Positions 35,156 to 43,416 of a stretch of DNA of 64,000 nt are shown here, one piece after another. How positions within the stretch are numbered: the stretch's first letter is position 1; each line of letters opens with the position of its first letter. Made by a program: the position numbers and the translations under genes. The notes below the pieces were generated by a model. It worked only from the letters and a program-made list of their open reading frames with translations. It did not search any database and was not told the DNA's origin. The DNA lies in the NCBI GenBank assembly GCA_023426575.1, contig JAFAAL010000014.1, positions 21,524 to 85,523 of the forward strand. The letters run 5' to 3'. The DNA comes from Bacillota bacterium (GTDB lineage: Bacteria > Bacillota > Clostridia > Saccharofermentanales > DTU023).

Positions 35156-35854
35156 CTAGATTTGCAGTAGATAGGGATGGCTCTCGCGGACCACTCCCAC
35201 AGTCGTCGCTTGACCATGGCCTGGCAGGAGCGGAAGTTCGGAGGGAAGCGTCTCGAGAAAACGCTTAAGAAATCGCAAGCTCTCCGTCATCTCCTGATCA
35301 CTGCCTGTCGGTAGATCGGTGCGTCCAATACTGTAAGCAAAGAGCGTATCCCCCGTGAAGAGGGCCACTGCTTCTTCCCTCTGCCCCAGCGTGAGCAGCG
35401 GCGAGAAGAGCTCGTGCCCCTCATTATCCTCATAGACCACTTCTTCGGCAGTGCTCAAGGTCAAGAGAAAAGTCAAGGAACCCGCCGTATGGCCAGGGGT
35501 TGGATAGACTTTGAGCTCTAGTCCCTCCTCTAGTTCAAAGGAATCTCCGGCGAAGAGACGTTCGGCAGGTGAAAAAGACTGTGGCAGGCGAAAGAGCTCG
35601 GAGCAATTAGCGTGGGGATCGGCCAAGAGCTTCTGATCCTCCTCACTGATGACGAGCTCGAGATCTCTGCCCTCACGCCACTGATCAATTGCAGCAATAT
35701 GGTCGAAGTGGCCATGAGTCGCCAAGAGTAGCGTGAGCTCAGATGCCGTCTTCTCAGGTGGATGGGAGGGGTCGATGAGATAGTGGCGCGTTCCACGCGA
35801 AATCAGGTATTGATTGGCAGAGCGCCAGGTTTCAGGAAAGAGTGTAATTTGCAT
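35156..35854 (-). CDS. MBL-fold metallo-hydrolase (glyoxalase II-like)
   Basis: HGHFDH motif, TPGHTAGS, GDTLF. ATG at 35854 (MQITLF...) follows the upstream stop as TAAGATG. Confidence 0.8.
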   Translation of the reverse strand: MQITLFPETWRSANQYLISRGTRHYLIDPSHPPEKTASELTLLLATHGHFDHIAAIDQWREGRDLELVISEEDQKLLADPHANCSELFRLPQSFSPAERLFAGDSFELEEGLELKVYPTPGHTAGSLTFLLTLSTAEEVVYEDNEGHELFSPLLTLGQREEAVALFTGDTLFAYSIGRTDLPTGSDQEMTESLRFLKRFLETLPSELPLLPGHGQATTVGVVRESHPYLLQI

Positions 35855-35855
35855 C

Positions 35856-36266
35856 TTATCTTTGCTCATTGCGCAAGAGGTGACGCCAGTCGAGGTCCCC
35901 ACGCTCGATCGCCAAGATGAGAATCTCAGCTGTCGCTAAATTAGTGGCATAGGGGATCGCATTGAGATCGCAGGCCCGGGCCAGCTGATCAAAAGAAGAG
36001 CGCTCTTCGCTGTCCTCGAGCAAGGGGTCGCGCAGATAGATGATGGCATCGACCTCGTTGTAATTCGCCTTCAGTGCCAGCTGCTCAATTTGAGCAAAGC
36101 GATCACTCGTCAAGGTCTCGACAGGGATGGCACAGGCCTCGGCAATCTGACGGGAGAGATTAAATTGAGAGCTGAGCTCCTGCTGACACAAAATCTGCTT
36201 ATAGGCTATACAGAAATTGTTCAAGAGCTCATATTTGCGCTGGTCTGCCAATAAGACAATTTTCAT
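35856..36266 (-). CDS. methylglyoxal-synthase-like (MGS-like) domain protein, catalytic motifs degenerate
   Basis: Colinear with MgsA (MKIVLLA..., LRDPL..., IPYATNLATAEILILAIERGDLD), but the AHDxxK, TGTTG, GGD and PHDPD motifs are replaced. Confidence 0.75.
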   Translation of the reverse strand: MKIVLLADQRKYELLNNFCIAYKQILCQQELSSQFNLSRQIAEACAIPVETLTSDRFAQIEQLALKANYNEVDAIIYLRDPLLEDSEERSSFDQLARACDLNAIPYATNLATAEILILAIERGDLDWRHLLRNEQR

Positions 36267-36359
36267 ACGCCCTCCTCCTCTTGTTCAAACAAGCAAACTT
36301 TAGCAAATTGAACAAATTTAATCAAGGCAATATGATACATTTTGACAGTTTGCCTAAAA

Positions 36360-38642
36360 CTAAGGTTGGTAAAAGCCCTCGTTAAAGACCGTGTTGACGT
36401 CTCGAGGATCTTGCCACTGATATTCTTGAGGTTTGAGTTCCACGAGATACTTGCTCGCCAAGATATCACGGGCGATGTAAGATGCGGAATCTCCAAAACT
36501 ATCCGAGTTTTCGACAATGCAGGAGAGCGCATATTGGGGCTTTTCGGCTGGGGCATAGCAGACAAAGAGTCCATTTGTCTTATAGGCATCGGCATTGGCT
36601 CCGACTTCTGCCGTACCAGTCTTTGCGGCAACTTGAATCGGAAAGAACTCAAAGTTCAGGCGCGTGTAGGAGCGACTTTGGTTAGTGAGACCCACCATGC
36701 CGCGACGGACCATTGTAATCGCATTGCTGCTGAGTTTCAGATCTTTTTTCTCGATCACTTCAGATCGGACAATAGCCCCATCCTCTGCACTGATCTCCTT
36801 GATGACATGGGGCGTGACGAGATAGCCCGTCGCCAGGCCCGAGATGGCACGGGCCATCTGCAACATTGTGTAGGCATTGTCAAACTGGCCAATGGCCGTC
36901 TGACATGTATCGGCGGGATACCACTCTTGATCCTCCGGGGCCGAGCGAGTTAAAAACTTAAGTTCGCGTCCTGGCCGAATCCCCTTGACCTCCGCCGGCA
37001 GGTCGATCCCCGTATATTCACCGAGGCCCAGAATTTTCGCCCACTTGGCGAGGCGATCGATTCCGACATCTAGTCCCAATTGATAAAAATAAAGATTACA
37101 AGAATTGACGAGAGCCGTCGCAAGATCTTGCATGCCATGCGCCTCGCCTACGGCATTAAAACACTGCCACTCGCGATAACCAATGGTGTCAATACCCTTG
37201 CAATTGTAGAACTCGTCTCCGGGTCGAATGACGCCCTCCATGATGGCGGCAATGGAGGTGATCGTCTTAAAGGTTGACCCTGGTGCATAGATCTCGCCGA
37301 TACAGCGATTGAGCAGCGCCTTTTGATCCTTGTCTTGCAGGTAGTTCTCCACTCTTGCCGCCGCTTCTGGATCATAGCCCGCCGCAGCAAAATCACGGGG
37401 GTCATAGACCGGGACGGAGACCATTGAGACGACAGCCCCTGTCTCCGTATTGAGCATGACGGTGGCGCCGCCATTGCCCTTTTCGGGATCTAGAAGCCGT
37501 TGCACCTTGATATTGTCACGCAGGGCCTCAAAGGCGGCAATTTGATCCTCGGTATCGATGGTCAGACGGATCGTATGTCCCGGCTTGGCCTGGATGACGG
37601 TCCCGCCAGGCAGGAAGGTCTCGCCGTCCTTCTCCTTGATCCAAGTCGCCACCGAGACGACCCCGGGCGTGCCATGGAGATAGCGCTCACAGGAGAGTTC
37701 GACGCCCGCCTTGCCGACCTCATCTTGTAGCCCGTAGCCGTACTGTTTGTAGAACTCATACTCACTGGCCGACACCTGTCCCACATAGCCCAGGACATGG
37801 CAGAAATATTTGGCATTTTCAGAATAGCGACGACGGTATGACGGAGCAAAGACCAGCCCCCTAAACTTTTTGTTTTGCTCAGTGATGACCGCCTTGATGC
37901 CTGCGTTGACGGGCCGAGCCAATAAGACAGCCTCTCCCTGGGCAAAGGACCAGTTGTTGGCCAAGAGGTGGTAGCGCAGCGACATAATCGCATAGGCCTC
38001 GCGATTCGTATAGCGCCTTGACGCCCCCGCTTTTCGGTCTTCAATTTTGAAAAAGTCGTAGAGCAGAAATTGGAAGAAGTTCTGGGGCTGCTCCTTTATC
38101 TTATAGCGCTCTGCTGTCTTGCTCTGACGTGCCTGCAAATTAAAGAGATCGCGATTTTTCTGCCACGCGCGAATCTCATCCATCTCTTTCTTGAAGACAA
38201 AGCGCGGATTGTTCTCCGGATCTTCACCCGTAGCGAAGTCAAAGTACTTGCCAAACTCGCTCTCGATGGGAATCCCGTGCTCCTCCAAAAGTTTAGAAAC
38301 TGCCAAGAGCTGGGCATTGAGCTCATCATCCGACAGTCCCGTCTCCACAATGTACAAGGACTCAATTTCCTCAGACCAGGCCAAGGGGCGCCCGGAGAGG
38401 TCAACGATGTCGCCGCGAGGTGCTGGTATCGTCATCTGGCGGCGATTACCACTCGTCTCCTCAACCACCGGACGGCGGCCTCCGCTAAACTGTAGAGAGG
38501 CGGTCCGGACTAAGAGGACGAGATTTGAGATCATGATGACGGCAATGATCAGACTAAAGCGCTTCTTGATCTGCTCGGGTCGCGGTTGACTCTCACTGTC
38601 CAGCGGTCGATCATGCCAGAGATTGCGCAGATATTGAATCAC
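36360..38642 (-). CDS. mrdA: penicillin-binding protein 2 (class B transpeptidase)
   Basis: N-terminal TM, PBP dimerisation domain, and transpeptidase motifs STFK (PGSTFKTI), SCN and KTGT (AKTGTAEV). GTGA overlap with mreD. Confidence 0.9.
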   Translation of the reverse strand: MIQYLRNLWHDRPLDSESQPRPEQIKKRFSLIIAVIMISNLVLLVRTASLQFSGGRRPVVEETSGNRRQMTIPAPRGDIVDLSGRPLAWSEEIESLYIVETGLSDDELNAQLLAVSKLLEEHGIPIESEFGKYFDFATGEDPENNPRFVFKKEMDEIRAWQKNRDLFNLQARQSKTAERYKIKEQPQNFFQFLLYDFFKIEDRKAGASRRYTNREAYAIMSLRYHLLANNWSFAQGEAVLLARPVNAGIKAVITEQNKKFRGLVFAPSYRRRYSENAKYFCHVLGYVGQVSASEYEFYKQYGYGLQDEVGKAGVELSCERYLHGTPGVVSVATWIKEKDGETFLPGGTVIQAKPGHTIRLTIDTEDQIAAFEALRDNIKVQRLLDPEKGNGGATVMLNTETGAVVSMVSVPVYDPRDFAAAGYDPEAAARVENYLQDKDQKALLNRCIGEIYAPGSTFKTITSIAAIMEGVIRPGDEFYNCKGIDTIGYREWQCFNAVGEAHGMQDLATALVNSCNLYFYQLGLDVGIDRLAKWAKILGLGEYTGIDLPAEVKGIRPGRELKFLTRSAPEDQEWYPADTCQTAIGQFDNAYTMLQMARAISGLATGYLVTPHVIKEISAEDGAIVRSEVIEKKDLKLSSNAITMVRRGMVGLTNQSRSYTRLNFEFFPIQVAAKTGTAEVGANADAYKTNGLFVCYAPAEKPQYALSCIVENSDSFGDSASYIARDILASKYLVELKPQEYQWQDPRDVNTVFNEGFYQP

Positions 38643-39214
38643 TTCAGCACCTCCGCAAGACTGTCTGCGGCATCATCTCTTCCCTTTTCGCGACGTGATA
38701 GGTAGAAGAGCGCAAAATAAAGACCCAGGACAAGGCAGTCGGGGATGAAGTGAACCACAGTGATACGAGCAAATTGCCAGAGATAGTGGCGGAGCGGATG
38801 CAAAAGCTCGAGAGTCCAAGTGGCCATACTCGTCGCCACGGCGAGGACAAAAGTCGCAAGAAGGCGCGCAGGAAGAAAGCAGAAGAGCGCCCAGAGAGGC
38901 CGATCTGCAAAGCGCTTAGCCCAGGCTGCGACCGCATAGATGGCGAGCCCTGAGAGGACGTAGACACCCATGGCCGGAGAGGCGAGCGCATCGACCAAGT
39001 AGGTCGTCAGAACCGTGATCATGAGAGCTGGCCGAAGATCATGAAAGAGAGTATAGATGAAGATCAGGGGGCCAATAAAATCGGGTCTCACTGCCCATCC
39101 CCCGAGTTCAAAGTGAAAGGACGTCTCCAAAACAAGCGCCAAGAGGGCAGCCAAAAAAGCATAGCGAGACGGCCAACGCTCCTCAGATGCCAGCTGAAAA
39201 TCATTCATCATCAT
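38639..39214 (-). CDS. mreD: rod-shape-determining protein MreD (by position and topology)
   Basis: ~190-aa polytopic membrane ORF directly after mreC. ATG at 39214 lies 6 nt after AGGAGA. Confidence 0.7.
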   Translation of the reverse strand: MMMNDFQLASEERWPSRYAFLAALLALVLETSFHFELGGWAVRPDFIGPLIFIYTLFHDLRPALMITVLTTYLVDALASPAMGVYVLSGLAIYAVAAWAKRFADRPLWALFCFLPARLLATFVLAVATSMATWTLELLHPLRHYLWQFARITVVHFIPDCLVLGLYFALFYLSRREKGRDDAADSLAEVLK

Positions 39215-40070
39215 GCTGACTCTCCTGACTCTCATTCAAGAGGACGAAGACGATGGGACAGTCGCTAAAGTCGACGGCAGGAATGATAATCGCCTCGCGA
39301 TACCCCGCCTCCTCAGCATCGTAGATCTCCTCAACTTCGCCAATGAGCAAGCCGGGTGGGTAGATGCCCCCACTGCCAGAAGTGACGACGAGGTCCCCCT
39401 TGGCGATGGCGGCATTGACGGGGATCTTGTCGGCCACGAGCTTATATTCTGATTTGAGCTTAAAATCTCCACGAACTCTAAAGCTGTGCGCCGTGTCAGA
39501 CTCACTTCGAGCCGAGATTGAAAATCCCTCGTGATAGGCGGGTAGCACCTTACTGCTCTGATAATCGACAGTATATATGCGCCCATAGACGGCACCAGAG
39601 GCAGCCAGGACAGCCTGAGCATGTTCCTCAGCGGCACCGAGGCCCGACTGAGAGCCGAGATCAATACTCACGAGATCGAAATATCGCGCCGCTGGACTCG
39701 GTAAAATGTGCGCAGCCAAGAACTGTCGCTGCGGAAAGGCCTCCTGCAATTTAAAGGCATCGCGAATCTTATAAAATTCTTCAGCCGCCTTTTCGTTGGC
39801 GCGTATGGCGAGGCGCAGGGCGAGATTCTCCTCCTTGAGCCGTTCGTTCTCCGCGCGGATCTCCCCCTGCTGACGGCTGCTCGAGAAATAATCCCCCACC
39901 GTCCTAGAGACTTTCTGACTCGCCCTCCTCAGAGGTGTCAGAATTGCCGACAGGGGCGAATTGACCATGCTGAGAGGACGCTCAGGGAGGCTCGAGTAGA
40001 GGATGAGCGCAATCATCGCAAGGCACACTATAAGTAAGATGAGGACACGTGAACGGTGACCTGGGCGCAT
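39201..40070 (-). CDS. mreC: rod-shape-determining protein MreC
   Basis: N-terminal TM, a coiled coil (ENERLKEENLALR) and a C-terminal beta domain with TSGSGGIYPPGLLIGEV. ATG at 40070 lies 7 nt after AGGAG. Confidence 0.88.
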   Translation of the reverse strand: MRPGHRSRVLILLIVCLAMIALILYSSLPERPLSMVNSPLSAILTPLRRASQKVSRTVGDYFSSSRQQGEIRAENERLKEENLALRLAIRANEKAAEEFYKIRDAFKLQEAFPQRQFLAAHILPSPAARYFDLVSIDLGSQSGLGAAEEHAQAVLAASGAVYGRIYTVDYQSSKVLPAYHEGFSISARSESDTAHSFRVRGDFKLKSEYKLVADKIPVNAAIAKGDLVVTSGSGGIYPPGLLIGEVEEIYDAEEAGYREAIIIPAVDFSDCPIVFVLLNESQESQHDDE

Positions 40071-40163
40071 GAAATAACTCCTATATATGTGAACCGAAAC
40101 AATCGCTTCGGATGAATTCAAGTGACGACACCATGATACCTAAAGCAGAAGAGCTTGAACAGT

Positions 40164-40850
40164 TCAGAAGAGCAATCCCCTTTCGCGGAAGCTGAGACAT
40201 AAATCCCCCGCCACAATCAAGTGGTCGATGACGGGAATCCCCATCTTGCGCCCGAGCTCGACAATCGCCTCGGTCGCCGCGAGGTCAGCCTCCGAGGGTT
40301 CAGGATTCCCAGACGGGTGATTGTGCGTCAAGATGATGCTGTGTGCATTGGCCCTGAGAGCCTTGCGGAAGATCTCTCGCGGCCTGACGGCCGCCCCATC
40401 GAGACCCCCGCTGGCGATCAATTCAGAACGGATGATTCTCTTGCGACAGTCCAAGAAGAGGCAGTGAAATTCCTCATGATCGAGATCTGCCAACTTGGGC
40501 CGCAAGTAGTCGGCGGCATTGTCGGGACTGGTGACGGTGAAGCCGGGTTCGAGCCCACTCCCCTGCAGCCTCCGACCGAGCTCAAAGGCCGCCTTGAGAC
40601 GCATCGCCTTGACTTGGCCGATGCCTGGCACAAGCTGTAGCTCGGCCAGCGAAGACTGGGCGAGCAGCCGGAGACCTCCAGCTGAGGCCAGCAATTGCTG
40701 CGCCAGATCGAGGGCCGTCTTCCCCTTGCGCCCAGAATTCAAGAGAATGGCCAAAAGCTCTGAATCCGAGAGCGAGGCCTCGCCGTATTCCTGCAGGCGC
40801 TCATAGGGGCGACTGTCCCGTGGAAGTTCATGAATTTTCAATTTGTCCAT
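40164..40850 (-). CDS. radC: RadC-family JAB-domain protein
   Basis: N-terminal HhH region and a C-terminal JAMM motif, HSIILTHNHPSGNPEPSEAD. Confidence 0.9.
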   Translation of the reverse strand: MDKLKIHELPRDSRPYERLQEYGEASLSDSELLAILLNSGRKGKTALDLAQQLLASAGGLRLLAQSSLAELQLVPGIGQVKAMRLKAAFELGRRLQGSGLEPGFTVTSPDNAADYLRPKLADLDHEEFHCLFLDCRKRIIRSELIASGGLDGAAVRPREIFRKALRANAHSIILTHNHPSGNPEPSEADLAATEAIVELGRKMGIPVIDHLIVAGDLCLSFRERGLLF

Positions 40851-40894
40851 CTTTGCTCCTTTCTAAAAGGGCGCAAAGATAAACTGAGATGAGA

Positions 40895-42289
40895 TTAGAT
40901 GCAGCTGCCCTTACAGCGGGGGAAGATCTGCATGTCGCGAATATTCTTGACCCCACTGATATACATCAGAAGGCGCTCAAAGCCCAGGCCATAGCCGGCG
41001 TGTCTCGTCGTCCCGTAGCGGCGCAGGGCGAGATACCACTCGTAATCCTCTGGCTGCATGCCCAGGTCGCTGATGCGCTTCTTGAGTTTGTCATAGTCTT
41101 CCTCACGCTGCGATCCTCCGATGATCTCGCCGACGTAGGGAACCAGAAGATCTGTCGCGGCAACCGTCTTGCCATCGGGGTTCTGCTTCATGTAAAAAGC
41201 CTTGAAGTCCTTGGGGTAATCGGTCAGGAAGACCGGTCCCTTAAGGACCTCCTCACAGATATATCGCTCGTGTTCACTCTGCAGGTCGTCCCCCCAGTGG
41301 ATCTGCCGCTCAAAACTCTTTTGACTCTTTTCGAGTTCTCGAATGGCCTCGGTATAAGTCATGCGTTCAAATCTTGCCGCAATCAATTTTTCCAGACGAT
41401 CGATCAGACCCGGCTCCACGAAGCGGTCAAAGAAGGCATATTCCTCGGGGCAGCGATCGAGAGCCGCCCTGATCACGTACTTCAGCATGCGCTCCGCGTT
41501 GTCCATGATGGTCTCAAGATCGGCAAAAGCCATCTCTGGCTCCAACATCCAAAATTCGGCAGCATGCCTGACGGTGTTAGAATTCTCCGCCCTAAAGGTC
41601 GGACCAAAGGTATAGATATTGCGAAAGGCCTGAGCCATGGCCTCGCCTTCGAGCTGACCTGTCACCGTCAAATAGGCCCTGGTCGCGAAGAAGTCCTGAT
41701 GGTAATCGATGTCCCCCTCAGAATCACGCGCCGGTGCTCCGATGTCAAAATGCGTGACATTGAACATCTCGCCCGCGCCTTCACCGTCATTGAAACTGAT
41801 GATCGGCGTCTGCGCATAGATAAAGCCCTCATTTTGGAAGAATTCATGGAGGGCAAAGGCCAGAACAGAGCGCAAGCGGAAGACGGCCTGGAAGAGATTT
41901 GTCCGCGTTCTCAGGTGAGGGATTGTCCTTAAAAATTCGAGCGAGTGTCGCTTGGGCTGCAAGGGGTAGTCCTCCGGAGAGACACCCTCTATCTTGACAT
42001 CCGACGCCAAGATTTCAAACGCTTGCTTCCCGCCAGGCGTCATGGTCATCTGTCCCTCAATGATAAAGGCAGCGCCATTACCGGCGTGCATGAGCTCAGC
42101 GTAATTCTCTAATTTGGACTCATTGAGAATGACCTGGACACCACGAAAATCGGTGCCATCGCGCAGGTCGAGAAAAGCAAAGCCCTTTTGCTCGCGCATC
42201 GTCCGCTGCCAACCGGCGATTGTGACGGTCTGCTCAGCATAGCGCTCTGGCTGCCGATAGAGTTCTGAGACGTAAATGATCTGTTCCAT
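40895..42289 (-). CDS. asnS: asparagine--tRNA ligase
   Basis: 464 aa with an OB anticodon-binding N-terminus and class IIb motifs (FRAENSNTVRHAAEFWMLEPE, GYGLGFERL). Confidence 0.95.
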   Translation of the reverse strand: MEQIIYVSELYRQPERYAEQTVTIAGWQRTMREQKGFAFLDLRDGTDFRGVQVILNESKLENYAELMHAGNGAAFIIEGQMTMTPGGKQAFEILASDVKIEGVSPEDYPLQPKRHSLEFLRTIPHLRTRTNLFQAVFRLRSVLAFALHEFFQNEGFIYAQTPIISFNDGEGAGEMFNVTHFDIGAPARDSEGDIDYHQDFFATRAYLTVTGQLEGEAMAQAFRNIYTFGPTFRAENSNTVRHAAEFWMLEPEMAFADLETIMDNAERMLKYVIRAALDRCPEEYAFFDRFVEPGLIDRLEKLIAARFERMTYTEAIRELEKSQKSFERQIHWGDDLQSEHERYICEEVLKGPVFLTDYPKDFKAFYMKQNPDGKTVAATDLLVPYVGEIIGGSQREEDYDKLKKRISDLGMQPEDYEWYLALRRYGTTRHAGYGLGFERLLMYISGVKNIRDMQIFPRCKGSCI

Positions 42290-42308
42290 AATAGTTTTCC
42301 TCTACTTA

Positions 42309-43367
42309 TCAAGTTCGCTTGATTCTATCACAAATCGACGCTTGCCCGAGTTCCAGGATGGCGAGGTCGAAGCCGACCTCTGCGCTCATCTTGCCCTGCT
42401 TGATCTGCCAGTCTATTTGAAAGAGAGTCCGATACTTGGCCACTAGGTCCTGGGTGGAGAAGGGACGGGCCTCAGCCTCGAGCCTTCTCGAGACAAAGGG
42501 GGGCACTTTAAGGCGCTCGGCAATCTCCGTCGCTGTCTTACAAGACTTGGCGACGAGCAGCTGCCGAATCTTGCGAGCCAGCATAAATTGAATCAGCTGC
42601 ATCGGTTCTTTGCGCATCAGGAGTCTCTCCTTGAGCTCCAGGGCCTCATAGAGCCTGCCCGCTGCGAGCTTGTCGAGCAGTTTGAAGACATCGGCCTGGA
42701 GATTGGGAGCGGCACATTCTTCGACCAGTGCAAGATCAATTCCCGCCAGCTCACGCGCCGCAGCAATGAGGCTCAGCTTGCCAAACTCTGCACTGAGGCG
42801 ATCCATCTGCCCCTCCGCGCGCTCGATTAATTCTCTGGCGGCCGCACGCTCTAATCGGAGGCCCTCTCGCGAACTGAGAGCATTGAGCCACTGTTCGAGA
42901 CTGGCCTCGTCGGCCTGACTGACCTTGACGATCGCTCCGAGATCAGAAACTTCAGACCAAAATTTCTTCTGTCTCCAGTAGATCTCCTTTTCCCGGAAGA
43001 CGAGACAGCAATGCGCTGGAATGCTCTGAAAGAACTGAAGCCAGGCGCGCTTCATGGCCTCCTCATAGGTCTTCTGACGATTTTGAAACTTAAAGAGTTC
43101 AGAGTCCTGCACGAGAATGAGCTTTCGCGATGCCATAAAGGGAGGCGTCGAAACTTCCGCCTGCAGCTTTTCCAGGCTGAGCTTTTGCGCCTCTTCCCCC
43201 GTTAACTTCAAAAAGTCTAGAGCGCGTAGAGATTCAGGGACGAGCGCCTCGAGCAGACGGCGCTCTAGCTGTCGCACCAGATACGCTTCCTCATAGGCCA
43301 AAAAAATCAAAGTGGGAATCTTCCCCTCGTCAATGGCTCGTCTCAGATCCTGATAACTGTATTCCAT
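42309..43367 (-). CDS. holA: DNA polymerase III delta subunit
   Basis: ~350 aa. Size, N-terminal pattern (...IPTLIFLAYEEAYL) and helical C-terminus are typical of HolA. Located next to comEC, as in Bacillus. Confidence 0.8.
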   Translation of the reverse strand: MEYSYQDLRRAIDEGKIPTLIFLAYEEAYLVRQLERRLLEALVPESLRALDFLKLTGEEAQKLSLEKLQAEVSTPPFMASRKLILVQDSELFKFQNRQKTYEEAMKRAWLQFFQSIPAHCCLVFREKEIYWRQKKFWSEVSDLGAIVKVSQADEASLEQWLNALSSREGLRLERAAARELIERAEGQMDRLSAEFGKLSLIAAARELAGIDLALVEECAAPNLQADVFKLLDKLAAGRLYEALELKERLLMRKEPMQLIQFMLARKIRQLLVAKSCKTATEIAERLKVPPFVSRRLEAEARPFSTQDLVAKYRTLFQIDWQIKQGKMSAEVGFDLAILELGQASICDRIKRT

Positions 43368-43416
43368 GCGCTCACTCCTTTTTCGCTTTTCATTGTCCTT
43401 GAGAGCTGCGCGAGCG

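Noticed and set aside
36280-36293. CTTGTT-N2-AACAAG inverted repeat just upstream of the MGS-like gene's SD
   Set aside because: A 6-bp inverted repeat in an AT-rich spacer is well within chance, and there is no second copy or supporting context.
40889-41932. 347-aa + strand ORF
   Set aside because: It is entirely antisense to asnS, whose class II aaRS motifs are unambiguous. It has no independent support.
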